Assembly: GCA_026391215.1 (NCBI GenBank)
Contig: JAPLDX010000047.1
Span: 1-51,211, forward strand
Source of the DNA: Bacteroidia bacterium
Lineage (GTDB): Bacteria > Bacteroidota > Bacteroidia > Bacteroidales > VadinHA17
DNA: 51,211 nt
Reading direction: 5' to 3'
Shown: piece by piece, positions 10,321-22,300 of the stretch
How the letters are laid out: every line of letters begins with the position of its first letter
Numbering within the stretch: the stretch's first letter is position 1
Translations under genes and position numbers: made by a program
Notes under the pieces: generated by a model
Told to the model about the DNA's origin: nothing
Database searches by the model: none
What the model saw: the letters and a program-made list of their open reading frames with translations, nothing else

Positions 10321-11454
10321 ATGAAGTATTTACTGATTATTGTGATAATAATGGGCTGTTTGAATTCAAATGCCCAAAAGCAAAGGCCAGGGGACTATGG
10401 CATAACAATCGGCATATTAAAACCAGGGAAAAATAATGCAATAACCGATGTCCCCGGTGTGAAAGTTGGCAATGTTACTTTAATTAAGGGTGACTCAATA
10501 TACACAGGTGTAACTGCAATATTACCTTATAAGGGCAACATTTTTCAGAATAAAGTACCTGCCGCAATATATATCGGTAACGGATTCGGAAAGCTTACAG
10601 GGTATCCCCAGGTTGAAGAATTGGGCAACATTGAAACTCCGATTATCTTAACTAATACCCTAAGCGTCCCTACAGCTATAGATGCATTGATCGACTTTAC
10701 ATTACAGTTCCCTGAGAATAGAAATGTCAGGAGTGTCAACCCGGTAGTGGGAGAGACAAACGATGGAGGATTAAATGATATCAGAGGGAGATATATTACT
10801 AAAGAACATGTTTTACAGGCAATTGCAATTGCAGATACAGGACTTATACAAGAAGGCAATGTTGGTGCAGGAACAGGCACTTCCTGCCTGGGATTTAAAG
10901 GTGGCATAGGAACTTCTTCAAGAATACTGCCTGAATCAAGAGGTGGCTATACTGTAGGTGTCCTGGTTCAGACCAATTTCGGAGGCATACTACAGATCAA
11001 TGGAGTACCTGTAGGAATAGAACTGGGAAAATACAGATTCAAAGAGATTAAAAACGAGTATTCTGAAGATGGATCATGCATGATAGTTATCATGACCGAT
11101 GCACCGTTAAGCCCGAAAAACCTGAAAAGACTGGCGGCAAGATCAATGTTCGGTATGGCCAGAACCGGCGGTATTGCTTCTAACAGCAGCGGAGACTTTG
11201 CGATTGCTGTTTCGACAGATGAAAGCATCAGGATTCCCAATTCGTCAGAATCAATGTTTGATGGATCAAAGGTTTTGAGAAATGACAGACTCGATTTGTT
11301 GTTTGAGGCGGTTATTGAAGCCACTGAGGAGGCAATAATAAATTCTTTATTCGCAGCTGAAACGGTGACCAGGAAGGGGAATGTAAAGGTTGAATCGTTA
11401 CCAATAGAAAAGACTTTAGAGATCCTGAAGAAATATAACAGGTTGAAATATTAA
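10321..11454 (+). CDS. DmpA-like (P1/S58 family) aminopeptidase, secreted
   Basis: NAITDVPGVKVG, NGFGKLTG, PVVGETNDG, GNVGAGTG, KGGIGTSSR and SGDFAIA motifs; TAATTTTG -7 box at 10294. Confidence 0.9.
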   Translation: MKYLLIIVIIMGCLNSNAQKQRPGDYGITIGILKPGKNNAITDVPGVKVGNVTLIKGDSIYTGVTAILPYKGNIFQNKVPAAIYIGNGFGKLTGYPQVEELGNIETPIILTNTLSVPTAIDALIDFTLQFPENRNVRSVNPVVGETNDGGLNDIRGRYITKEHVLQAIAIADTGLIQEGNVGAGTGTSCLGFKGGIGTSSRILPESRGGYTVGVLVQTNFGGILQINGVPVGIELGKYRFKEIKNEYSEDGSCMIVIMTDAPLSPKNLKRLAARSMFGMARTGGIASNSSGDFAIAVSTDESIRIPNSSESMFDGSKVLRNDRLDLLFEAVIEATEEAIINSLFAAETVTRKGNVKVESLPIEKTLEILKKYNRLKY

Positions 11455-11482
11455 AATTGAAAATAGAACTTAGCTAAATATC

Positions 11483-12094
11483 ATGATACGATTTGACAAA
11501 TTACTTTTTACTGTTTTGTTCGGAATTACAATTCCGATCCTTTGTTTTATAATCTCCTGGTGGGGAACATTTGTTTTAACAGTTGATCTCAGAATAATTA
11601 AAATTGCCGCATTATCAGGACTAGGCATTGGGATAATAATTTCAATCCTCATCAAGCTTTTCGCCAGGCCGGAAATATTCAGACTATCCAAACCGGTGCT
11701 GATAATGGTCTACCTGTTTTACAACTGCATTCTCTTTGCCATGTTCATGGGTATTCCTTTTTTTCACCTTTTTCTTGGCATTGCAGCAGGTTACTATTGG
11801 GCGAAATACATGATACACCATACAGAAATAACAGATTATAAGAATGAGATTCAGCGGATCTCGATATTTACCGCAGCAATTACCGGATTAATATGTATTG
11901 CTTCAGCTTCAATTGCGCTTATTACCAGGTCGACTGCCAGTGAAATTCAAAGCATGTTCAATCTGCCACTTGATATATCCCGGCCACTATTAGTAACTTC
12001 TGTTATAGCAGGAGGAATATTAATGATAGCCGTTCAGTACCTGCTTGTAAAGTTCACAATGAAAAGAACTTTATCGAAAAATATGACAGTGTGA
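11483..12094 (+). CDS. Hypothetical membrane protein
   Basis: 203-aa ORF with about 6 hydrophobic segments. Confidence 0.65.
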   Translation: MIRFDKLLFTVLFGITIPILCFIISWWGTFVLTVDLRIIKIAALSGLGIGIIISILIKLFARPEIFRLSKPVLIMVYLFYNCILFAMFMGIPFFHLFLGIAAGYYWAKYMIHHTEITDYKNEIQRISIFTAAITGLICIASASIALITRSTASEIQSMFNLPLDISRPLLVTSVIAGGILMIAVQYLLVKFTMKRTLSKNMTV

Positions 12095-15000
12095 CTATTT
12101 ATCTTCCCGCCACTTCGACCGGTCAGGCGGAGCAGGAGCATTGACCTTTTTGACTGGTTTATCTTTCAATTCCTGCAGCAGCACCTCTACAGCTTTTTCG
12201 ATACAGGGATCGATTCCTTTCGCAAGTTGTTCAGGACGGTCAACAACTTCGATATCGGGATAAACGCCAATCCCTTCAATTATCCATCCTTCATCATTAT
12301 CGAATGTACCAAACTGGGGAACGGATATATTACCACCGTCAACCAGCCTGGCATTACCGGAGATGCCAATCAAACCTCCCCATGTACGAGTGCCTATCAG
12401 CTTACCCAGTCCCATCTTTTTGAAGAAATAAGGGAAAGCATCGCCTCCGGATGCTGAGTATCCGTTTATAAGCATCGCTTTAGGCCCGTCATGCGAAATG
12501 GCAGGTGATTTGCCGGGCAGAAGCCCGTTTTGATGCCAGTAAACCAGGGTATGCCGATCGAGCAGATCAGCCATCCTGTCGGGAATGAATCCACCTCCGT
12601 TATAGCGTTCATCAATTATAAGAGCTTCTTTATTGAAGTATGTATACATACCCTGGAACAACTCCTGATTCCCCCTGGTTGAGGTATTAGGGACATGAAT
12701 ATAACCTATCCTTCCTCCTGAAAGCTTATCGACCATAGCCCTCCTCTCATTTACCCAGTTATAATATAAAAGCTCCAGTTCGCTCGAGATTGGTTTAACA
12801 AGTGAGGTACGCTTATTGTCGGCCGGAAACTTACTGCTTACTGTTATCTCAACACTCTTGACGGCATTATTTTCAAGAAGAGAGTATGGATTTACTGATA
12901 TTGGGACGTCCTTTCCGTTGATGCTGATAAGATAATCTCCTTCCTTTACATCCACTCCCTGCTCGGTAAGGGGAGAACGACGTGCAGGATTCCAGTTTTC
13001 GCCTTTATATATTTTAGTGATCCTGTAGAGTCCCGAGGCTTCATCAGCTGACAGTTCAGCTCCCAGTAGTCCATTATCAATCCTTTTTACCCTCTCAAAA
13101 TCACCCCAGTCTATATAAGTGTGACCTGCATTAATCTCTGCAACAATCTCATTCAGAATATAATCGAGATCAGCACGATGACTGACATAGGGTAATAACA
13201 CATTATACCGGTTCTTCATTTCATTCCAGTTTACCCCATGCAAATTGTTGACATAAAAATAATCACGGAAGATACGCCATGCATCAACATATATCTGATT
13301 CCATTCCTTTTGCGGGTCAATCTTCATTTCGAGTCCGTTAAGATCCATCTTACCGGCACCTGCTTTTTGTCCCGGCGTTAATTTTATGATACCGAAATCA
13401 CTGCCCGAACGGTATAGGGCGCACTTGTCGTCTGATGAAAGAGTTGCTGTAAATACACCGTCCATTATCTCTTCGGTTTTTTCATCTTTAAGGTTGAATT
13501 TCATCAGTTTATTATTGCTTATATAAATCAAACCATCCTCGACTGCGCCAATGGTACGGTAATTTCCGGGTTCGCCAGGGAGAACAGTAACGCGATTACT
13601 GATGTCATTGAAATCAATCTCAACTTTTACCTCTTTCTTCCCGGTGGAAGCAGTATCCTGAACATTGCTTTTATTCTTTTTGTCTTTTGCAGAAGCCGGG
13701 GATAATCCAGGAGTTTTTTCAGGACTGACAGGTTCGATATCGTTTTTATCCTTGAAGATTTTAGGACTTTTCTGAGTCAGTGAAAGAGCGTACAGACGGG
13801 TTGCCCTGTTGTAGATATAATCAAAATCATAATTTGAGAATTCAAGGTTAAAATCCCGGTTGGAAGCAAAGAATATATAGTTGCCGCATAAGCTGAAAAC
13901 CGGATTGTCATCTGAATATGTTCCATCGGTGACCTGCTGCTTCTTCCCGGTGGGAATTTCATACACCCAGATAGCAGGCTTTTCGTTGCTGCCTTCTTTT
14001 GTATATGCTATCCAGCGTGAATCGGGTGAAAAACTATAACTTCTCAATTCATTGGATGTAGCATGATCGATGTCAACGGTTTTACCTGTAGCAGCTTCCA
14101 CAAGCCTTAAATTGAGTGTTCTGTCAGAAAATAGAAGATAACGGCTGTCAGGAGACCAGAGCGGCTGGTATTTCCAGGCGGAGGAATTGAATGTCACCTG
14201 CCTGGATTTTGCTCCTTTCTTGTTCTCCAGAAGGTAAAGCTCATACTCACCCGTTACATCAGAATAATAGGAGATATATTTCCCATCCGGTGACCATGCA
14301 GGAAAAATTTCACGTACACCTTGAGTTTCTGTAAGGTTTTCAATGATTCCATTTTCAGCCGGGACAGAAAAAATATCGCCCCGTGCATCAAATAAGGCAC
14401 GTTTGCCGGTTGGAGAAATAGCGAAACTGTGAATATTATCCTTTACGTTTTTATAATACGGAATAAGATTGGGATTGTCGAAATTGATGCTCACTTTAAG
14501 TTTTTCTGACTGGCCGGACTGGAGGTTCAGTTTATAAATATATCCGCCATTCTCAAAAACAAGATGATCACCATTCCCTGAAGGCCACATGACATCAAAT
14601 TCTGTAAAACGGGTAATTTGTCTTGTATCTTTTGTAACCGTGCTGTATTGCCATATATTAAGTTTTGTGTCGCGGTCAGAGGCGAAGAAAATATTGTCAC
14701 CCGACCAGGTTGGCAGCTGATCGGTACCTTCGAAGTCTGTGACCTGTTCAGATGTATTGTCATTCAGATTATATATCCAAAGGTCTGTGGCACGGCCGCC
14801 TTTATAACGCTTCCAGTTCCGGAATTCACGATCGACCGGTGTGAAAACAATTCTGGAGCCATCGGGTGAAAGTACTCCAAATCCGCCATTGACCAGGGGA
14901 AGAGGTTTCTCGAGTCCTCCATCCATACTGACGAGATAGTATTTGCCATTACGGTCGCTGAACGGAGTTCGGTTGGCACGGATTAGAATTTGTTTGCTGT

Positions 15001-15388
15001 CGGGTGTCCAGTCAAGAACCACATTGTCATAACCTCCCCTTGGAGGCAATGTACCCACGGAATTATACCAGGTAAGCTGACGGGGCACTCCTCCGTTTGA
15101 AGGAATTACATATACCTGTCGGTTACCTGAATATTCGCCGGAAAATGCTATCCATTTCCCATCTGGCGAAATTTTTGGAAACAATTCCAGTCCTTCATGT
15201 GATGTAAGACGACGAGCCTCTCCGCCGTCTGAATTAACTGTCCAGATGTCCCCGGCATATACAAAAGCCACAAGGTTATTGTTTATATCGGGAAACCGCA
15301 GCAATCGTGCGTCATCTATTGCCGATAAACTAAATGACGTACTGATCGCCATTATTGATAACAACAACTTGCTAACAATCTTTTTCAT
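12095..15388 (-). CDS. Tricorn protease homolog (peptidase S41, PD40 propellers plus PDZ)
   Basis: ARLLRFPDI, WKRYKGG, GRIGYIHVPN, IIDERYNGGG, SASGGDAFP and GTRTWGG motifs. Confidence 0.92.
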   Translation of the reverse strand: MKKIVSKLLLSIMAISTSFSLSAIDDARLLRFPDINNNLVAFVYAGDIWTVNSDGGEARRLTSHEGLELFPKISPDGKWIAFSGEYSGNRQVYVIPSNGGVPRQLTWYNSVGTLPPRGGYDNVVLDWTPDSKQILIRANRTPFSDRNGKYYLVSMDGGLEKPLPLVNGGFGVLSPDGSRIVFTPVDREFRNWKRYKGGRATDLWIYNLNDNTSEQVTDFEGTDQLPTWSGDNIFFASDRDTKLNIWQYSTVTKDTRQITRFTEFDVMWPSGNGDHLVFENGGYIYKLNLQSGQSEKLKVSINFDNPNLIPYYKNVKDNIHSFAISPTGKRALFDARGDIFSVPAENGIIENLTETQGVREIFPAWSPDGKYISYYSDVTGEYELYLLENKKGAKSRQVTFNSSAWKYQPLWSPDSRYLLFSDRTLNLRLVEAATGKTVDIDHATSNELRSYSFSPDSRWIAYTKEGSNEKPAIWVYEIPTGKKQQVTDGTYSDDNPVFSLCGNYIFFASNRDFNLEFSNYDFDYIYNRATRLYALSLTQKSPKIFKDKNDIEPVSPEKTPGLSPASAKDKKNKSNVQDTASTGKKEVKVEIDFNDISNRVTVLPGEPGNYRTIGAVEDGLIYISNNKLMKFNLKDEKTEEIMDGVFTATLSSDDKCALYRSGSDFGIIKLTPGQKAGAGKMDLNGLEMKIDPQKEWNQIYVDAWRIFRDYFYVNNLHGVNWNEMKNRYNVLLPYVSHRADLDYILNEIVAEINAGHTYIDWGDFERVKRIDNGLLGAELSADEASGLYRITKIYKGENWNPARRSPLTEQGVDVKEGDYLISINGKDVPISVNPYSLLENNAVKSVEITVSSKFPADNKRTSLVKPISSELELLYYNWVNERRAMVDKLSGGRIGYIHVPNTSTRGNQELFQGMYTYFNKEALIIDERYNGGGFIPDRMADLLDRHTLVYWHQNGLLPGKSPAISHDGPKAMLINGYSASGGDAFPYFFKKMGLGKLIGTRTWGGLIGISGNARLVDGGNISVPQFGTFDNDEGWIIEGIGVYPDIEVVDRPEQLAKGIDPCIEKAVEVLLQELKDKPVKKVNAPAPPDRSKWREDK

Positions 15389-15417
15389 GACTTATGATTT
15401 GAGGTTAATAATTAATA

Positions 15418-17235
15418 TCAGCTTATAAAAGAATCTTTGTTTTTAGCTCTCTTACGGTCAATTTCACCCAGCATGATCTTCCTGAGGCGCATTGATTTTG
15501 GTGTGATCTCAATATATTCATCTGAAGCGATATACTCCATTGCCTCTTCAAGTGAAAAGCGTACCGGGGGAGCAAGAATTATTTTATCATCTGAGCCTGA
15601 GGCCCTCATATTGGTCAGCTTCTTTAGTTTGGTAACATTGACGGTGATGTCATCCTGCCGTGTGGTTTCGCCTACTACCTGACCCATATATACCTCTTCA
15701 CCTGGGAATATGAAGAATCTGCCGCGATCCTGCAGCTTATCAATTGCATAGGCTGCCGATGTCCCGGAATCCATAGCTATCAGAGAGCCATTTCGTTTTA
15801 CCGACATTTCGCCTTTCCATGGTTCATAGCCATCAAAACGGTGTGCCATCACTGCTTCGCCTTCAGTAGCAGTAAGCACCTGGTTCCTGAGGCCGATGAT
15901 CCCGCGTGCAGGGATTTTAAAATCGAGATGGGCACGTCCGTCTTTTATCTCAATATTTGCAATCTCCCCCTTGCGCTGTGTTACCTGCTCAATCACCTTG
16001 CCGGCAAAATTATCGGGTACCTGCACTGTCAGCGCTTCTATCGGCTCATGCCTTATGCCGCCAATATTCCTTATCAGGACATTAGGCTGTCCCACCTGCA
16101 GTTCAAAACCCTCACGCCGCATAGTTTCAATCAGAATTGATAAGTGAAGTATGCCTCGTCCGTAGACCATGAAAGTATCTGATGAGTCCGTCTCTTCAAC
16201 TCTTAATGCAAGGTTCTTTTCAGTCTCCCTGAAAAGCCTGTCTCTCAGCTGTCGTGAAGTTACTATTGTCCCTTCGCGACCGAAAAAAGGTGAATTGTTT
16301 GACGTAAATAGCATGCTCATGGTTGGTTCATCTACCGGAGTGTACAAAAGGCCTTCCGGGTTAAGATCATCAGCAATTGTATCGCCTATTTCGAAATCCT
16401 CGATACCGAAAACTGCACAGATTTCACCTGAGTGAACCGGTTTTTTAGTCTTCTGCTTCCCCAGCCCTTCAAAAAGATATACTTCTTTAACCGTGCTCTT
16501 GATATTACTTCCATCACGTTTAATGAGTGACACCTGGCTTCCGGGCACAAGCATCCCTCTTACTATTTTACCTACAGCTATGCGTCCGATGTAGGATGAA
16601 TAATCAAGCGATGAAATTCTCATCTGGAGAGTGCCTTCCATCATTTTTGCCGGTGGAATATATTCCAATATAGTATCCAGCAGGTAGCTGACATCGGTTG
16701 TCGGTTTCGACCAGTCAGGTCCCATCCAGCCCCTCTTTGCAGAACCGTATACAGTCGGGAAGTTAAGCTGGTCTTCACTTGCCTTAAGGCTGTACATCAG
16801 GTCAAAGACCCTTTCCTGTGCCTCTTCAGGCTTGCAGTTAGGCTTGTCTACTTTATTAATTACGACAATGGGTTTCAGCCCAAGCTCCACTGCTTTCTGG
16901 AGGACAAAACGAGTCTGTGGCATAGGTCCTTCAAAAGCATCGACTATCAGCAATACTCCCTCGGCCATATTAAGAACTCTTTCAACCTCTCCTCCAAAGT
17001 CAGAGTGGCCTGGAGTGTCAATAATATTGATCTTGACATTTTTGTACCGTACAGAGACATTTTTTGAGAGGATTGTGATACCTCTTTCCCTCTCGAGGTC
17101 GTTGCTGTCGAGAATAAGGTCTCCCATAATCTGGTTTTCACGGAAAAGCTTGACCTGGTATAAAATGCGGTCGACAAGCGTTGTTTTGCCGTGGTCAACA
17201 TGGGCAATGACAGCTATATTTCTTATTTCTTCCAT
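15418..17235 (-). CDS. typA: Translational GTPase TypA/BipA
   Basis: IAHVDHGKTTLVD, ERERGITI, DTPGHSDFGGEVER, GRGILHLSILIETMRREG and KKLTNMRASG motifs. Confidence 0.97.
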   Translation of the reverse strand: MEEIRNIAVIAHVDHGKTTLVDRILYQVKLFRENQIMGDLILDSNDLERERGITILSKNVSVRYKNVKINIIDTPGHSDFGGEVERVLNMAEGVLLIVDAFEGPMPQTRFVLQKAVELGLKPIVVINKVDKPNCKPEEAQERVFDLMYSLKASEDQLNFPTVYGSAKRGWMGPDWSKPTTDVSYLLDTILEYIPPAKMMEGTLQMRISSLDYSSYIGRIAVGKIVRGMLVPGSQVSLIKRDGSNIKSTVKEVYLFEGLGKQKTKKPVHSGEICAVFGIEDFEIGDTIADDLNPEGLLYTPVDEPTMSMLFTSNNSPFFGREGTIVTSRQLRDRLFRETEKNLALRVEETDSSDTFMVYGRGILHLSILIETMRREGFELQVGQPNVLIRNIGGIRHEPIEALTVQVPDNFAGKVIEQVTQRKGEIANIEIKDGRAHLDFKIPARGIIGLRNQVLTATEGEAVMAHRFDGYEPWKGEMSVKRNGSLIAMDSGTSAAYAIDKLQDRGRFFIFPGEEVYMGQVVGETTRQDDITVNVTKLKKLTNMRASGSDDKIILAPPVRFSLEEAMEYIASDEYIEITPKSMRLRKIMLGEIDRKRAKNKDSFIS

Positions 17236-17405
17236 TAACAGATACTTATGGGCTGCAAAAGTAGGAAAAGGATTGTCTTGTCAGACAGTTTTTGAAGACT
17301 ATTTTCTCCAAACAGGTTTTTATTCTCAATGTAAAAAAATTTGGCGTTGACTTAAGCAGAATGTAACTTTGATAGAAGTAGTTGTTTAATTAATAATCAT
17401 CTGAT

Positions 17406-19319
17406 ATGAATACCATCGAGGAATTGCTCGAGAACAGTGCCCTGAAATTTGCCGGCAACATCTACCTTTTGGAGAAGAAAACCGACAAATACGAGGGGAT
17501 CACCTATAAAGAAACAAAAGAACAAGCGTACAAGGTAGCAGCAGGTCTCCTGGCGCTTGGCATAAAAAAGGGTGACAGGATAGCATTATTGTCTGAATCC
17601 CGGACTGACTGGGTAATAAGCGAATTAGGTATACTGCATACAGGTGCTATAAGTGTACCTCTGTCCATCACACTTAAAGAGGGTGCTGACCTGAAATTCA
17701 GGCTTGATCATTCAGAATCCAGATGGATAATAGTCTCTGCCCTCCAGCTTGATAAAATAAACCCGATTAAAAAGGATCTGAGGAATCTTGAAAAAGTAAT
17801 TCTCCTTGATCCAAGGGAAAGTTATTCTCCGGATGAGATTTTTTTGGGTGAAGTGAAGAAAATAGGGGAGGAATACCTGAAGTATAGCCATGATACATTC
17901 TTAGAAACGATAAAATCAGTAGGACCTGATGATTATGCAAATATCACCTACACTTCCGGCACTACGGCCGATCCCAAAGGTATAATCCTGTCTCATAGAA
18001 ATTATACTGCAAATATTGAACAGGCGCTTACCCTGATTGATGTTCCTGAATGGTGGTCAACACTTCTTATCCTGCCATGGGATCACTCATTCGCTCATAC
18101 AGTCGGAATATATATAATGATGGCTGTCGGAGCAAGTCTGGCAGCTGTTCAATCCGGCAAATCTTATCTTGACAGCCTTAAAAACATCTCTGTGAATATC
18201 AAGGAGATAAAACCTGTCTTCCTTTTGAGTGCTCCGGCACTGGCAAAAAGTCTTCGTAAAGGAATTGAAAAAGGTATAAGGGACAATGGTGCTTTTGCAG
18301 AAAAGCTATTTAAACATGCACTGAAGGTTGCATACTGCTACAATGGCATTGGATGGAACAAAGGAAAAGGTTTCAGGATATTTCTCAAACCTCTGTATTT
18401 ACTTTATGATGTAATTCTGTTTAAAAAGATAAGAACCAGCCTCGGCGGGAGACTCAAATTTTTCTTCGGAGGTGCTGCATTGCTCGATATAGAACTACAG
18501 AAATTCTTTTCAGCCATCGGGATACCTATGCTGCAGGGATATGGTTTATCGGAGGCTTCACCGGTAATTTCAGGGAATATGGAAAAGAGACATAAACTGG
18601 GATCATCAGGTTTTCTGGTTAAAAATCTTGACCTGAAGATCTGTGATGAGGATGGAAATGAATTGGGTACAGGTAAAAAAGGTGAGATCGTAGTCCGTGG
18701 AGAAAATATAATGAAAGGATACTGGAAAAACGAAAGAACCACAAGAGAGACTATTCGCGAAGGATGGCTCCATACAGGCGATATGGGGTACATGGATGAG
18801 GATGGGTTCCTTTATGTACTGGGAAGATTTAAAAGCCTTCTCATTTCAGACGATGGTGAAAAATACAGCCCTGAAGGAATTGAAGAGACTATAACTGACA
18901 GGTCTCAGTATATAGACCAAATGATGCTTTATAATAACCAGAACAAGTATACTATTGCATTGCTTGTTCCAAACTCAGAGGCTTTAAAAAGATGGGCAAA
19001 AAACAATGGTATGAATCTGGCAGAGCCCAAAGCCCTGGAAGCTGCCTTAAATGAACTGGAAAAGGTTATCAATCAGTATAAGCAGGGAGGAGCATATGGC
19101 GATCTTTTCCCTTCGAGGTGGCTGCCTGCTGCTGTCGCAATCCTTGATGAACCATTCAGCTCTGATAATAAACAGATTAACAGTACAGGGAAAATGGTAA
19201 GAGGGAAAATAGTTGAGCAGTACAAAAATACAATAGATTACCTGTATACACCTGAAGCGAAAAATATTGTAAATCAAAGGAATATAGATGCAATAAAAAA
19301 GATCTTAGGGGTTATGTAG
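17406..19319 (+). CDS. Long-chain fatty acid--CoA ligase (AMP-binding)
   Basis: YTSGTTADPKG, QGYGLSEASP and GWLHTGDMG motifs; TAACTTTG -7 box at 17364. Confidence 0.9.
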   Translation: MNTIEELLENSALKFAGNIYLLEKKTDKYEGITYKETKEQAYKVAAGLLALGIKKGDRIALLSESRTDWVISELGILHTGAISVPLSITLKEGADLKFRLDHSESRWIIVSALQLDKINPIKKDLRNLEKVILLDPRESYSPDEIFLGEVKKIGEEYLKYSHDTFLETIKSVGPDDYANITYTSGTTADPKGIILSHRNYTANIEQALTLIDVPEWWSTLLILPWDHSFAHTVGIYIMMAVGASLAAVQSGKSYLDSLKNISVNIKEIKPVFLLSAPALAKSLRKGIEKGIRDNGAFAEKLFKHALKVAYCYNGIGWNKGKGFRIFLKPLYLLYDVILFKKIRTSLGGRLKFFFGGAALLDIELQKFFSAIGIPMLQGYGLSEASPVISGNMEKRHKLGSSGFLVKNLDLKICDEDGNELGTGKKGEIVVRGENIMKGYWKNERTTRETIREGWLHTGDMGYMDEDGFLYVLGRFKSLLISDDGEKYSPEGIEETITDRSQYIDQMMLYNNQNKYTIALLVPNSEALKRWAKNNGMNLAEPKALEAALNELEKVINQYKQGGAYGDLFPSRWLPAAVAILDEPFSSDNKQINSTGKMVRGKIVEQYKNTIDYLYTPEAKNIVNQRNIDAIKKILGVM

Positions 19320-19370
19320 TGAACATTGGCTAAAGCCAACGGACTTTGAAGCTTCCCCCTTATTGGTGCT

Positions 19371-22300
19371 TTAAAAACTAATTGATTTACCAGGATCCAC
19401 AGAATACAATGCACTCCTTCCTGTCACAAACAGAGTCTCCTTATTCCTGCCTCCGAAAACTATTGTACCTGGTCGTTCAGGGATATGTATAAATCCATTC
19501 TGCCTGCCTTCTTTATCGAAGATGTATATATCACCATCAGCTATAAATACGTTCCCTTTACTGTCCGGAACTGATGAAAACTCACCTTTTTCGGCAAATG
19601 GCATAAGACCGGAGAGATATCCATTTGCATCTACATCAAGCTTTACAGTTCTTTTGTCGTATTCGTTGCTTAAATAAACCGGCTTGCCGGGAAAGGCTTC
19701 GCTCAATCCGGATGATCTTGCAAGATCATAACAAACCGGGATGATTGTAACTTCATCCGGGGCAATAAAACACTCTTCATTTCTGTTCACTACAACTTTG
19801 TCAAAATCGTGATAATCCCGCCATCTGTTTGAGGGATACAGTGCTTTATAAACATTTGCGACTGATCCCATTCTGACTTTCTGTAAAGGCTGAAATGATT
19901 CGTCAGGATTGTCAGGATCTATCGCATAAGCCAGGGTCGTGAATCCTGAATTTCCCCACATGCTGAAAGAGGTTCCTGAAGCATCAGGAGGATTGGTGAA
20001 CTTCTCCTGCTCACCGTTCATCACATAACCAGGCTGAGGATTGTATCTGAAAATGACAAGAAGATTGTCTTTTGAATCGCATGCCATGGAAAGAGGCTCC
20101 CATGGATAGTCAGCAAGCAAATCGAGGGAATTAGTTTCGACTGACCACTTATAAATACGTTTAAGCCTCTGCTCAGAGAAATATACATTCCCTTTTGAAT
20201 CGCTGCAGATCCCCTCTGCAAACTCAAAACCTCCTGCAAGCATTTTAACAGATACCGCAGATGATGCAGAATTATTAACCGGAGTATTACCGCTAATGTA
20301 CAGTCTTGCCATTTCCACCGGCCGGACCTCAGTGCCGGTATTGATGTCGAATAAGGGATTATCAGTCGTATATTTAATCTGGCTGTAATTATGAATATTG
20401 AGAAATTCAATATCCCTGCAATCCCATGTCCTTATAGAATATGGCCAGGGTGTTTTGAACCTGATCACCCTGAAAAGGTAAAGATTTGCAAACATCATAT
20501 TTTCACAGTTGCTGATCTCCATCGGCTGGCACCAGATCCCTTCCCTGCTCTCTTCTTCAAGCTGAAGAGCATAGATCTTCCAGTTTGATACCCTGCTGAA
20601 TCTTACCTCATTCCTTACATGGTGTTCAACTGACATTGCATAAATCTTTCCCGGTGTTGAAGTGTTGGATACATAAAGTCCTGAATTTGCATAGCTGCTG
20701 GCTGTCCAGATATTTTTAATGATAGCGCCTCCTCCGTTTGTAATCCACAGACTCCAGTATTGTGTATCCCATGCAGGATCAAGACCAGGTATGGGAGAGG
20801 GTTTATTTCCCTGGTTCCCGGATCCACCCCTGCGGACTGATGGCCCTTTTACCATCGTCCCGTGTCCTCCCACAAACTTAACATCATCCAGCATAGATCC
20901 CTCCCCTGCCATCCACTTGCATGCAACAGCACGAAAATTATACTCTCCTGTAAAAAGACCAATACCGGATATTATGTTTGTCCCGCCTTGAGATGTTTCA
21001 ATAAGAGGTTTGGGAGCACCAAATCCGCTGAACGAATTTGTACTCTCACCTATAACAAATTGAGTAGCAATAGGATGTAATCCTATCAGAACTGTATTAG
21101 GTTTCAGAACAAGAGTTTCACTTATCCTGTATATACCCTGGGGAACATAGATTACCGGATGTTTATCTATCGCATCCTGAATAATCCTGGTATCATCATT
21201 CACACCATCACCTTTTGCCCCAAGATCCTTTATATTCACCCATTCATCCATTGCCGGGAGTGAGGGAATATCTGTACTCGCAGAAGGAGGAAGTTTTGCA
21301 AGCACCTCAGGCTCAAATATTATTCTGAACTCAGGATTTTCGGCAAGATCCTCCATTTGCAGGCCATAGACAAACTTTTTGATTTTATAGATTGGTGCCG
21401 GAGCTTTAGTCTGCTTGTTACTTTTAAGGTAATTGGCTATTACCGGAACATTCTGGCATGTAATATTACGAAGGTTGATCTGTAAAACATCATTTCCTTC
21501 ATTATCAAACGATATTGCAGCGTTTTTAACATTAATGAACTGACAATCCTCCATGAATAATTTTTCCCAGAAACCAGGATCTATATCAATAACTTTCGGT
21601 ACATTTTTCACGCTCATCCGTACAATCGTCAGACCTGCCTGCTGTGTCCTGATAGCTGCAATGCGCTGACCTTCAAAATAAGTGTCAAGCATCATGAACT
21701 GCCAGCCGGGAGACGCTTTGGTAGTATAAATTCCATAATCTCCTCCAAAAAAACGGACATCCTCCATCACGTTACCGATATCAAACAGTCCAGCTTTCCC
21801 ATTCCCGGTATGAATATCGCAATGCGCTACAAAGCTGTGTTGTGCATAGTGGGTTCTCAGTGCGACAGCTGAAGGATTTCCATCTTCAATCCGTATATCA
21901 ACATTTGAAAGGGCGCTGTAAAAAGTTCCGGCACCTGCGTCGTTTACAGGTGTTCCTTGTTCAGCCACACTGCTGGTGAACCAGAACATGTAATTTGCTT
22001 TTCCTTTATCCGTCAGGACAGGTGACTGATATCCGGGCGTATTCTTTCTCAGAACAAATAAGGGACGTTTCTGTCCATAGCCTATTATTCTGATGGCGGC
22101 AGGTATATAGATTGTACCCGATATTACATAAGTACCTTCCGGAATGAAGATAATACCAAAATTCTGCTCCAGCTTCAGCTTATTTATAGCTGCCTGAAGC
22201 TCGACAGTGACATCACTCTTTCCATCAGCGGAAATATTGAAATTCTCCGGAGTGAAATAGACAGCCTCTTGATCAACAGGCTTATTCCGGTAATAGGATG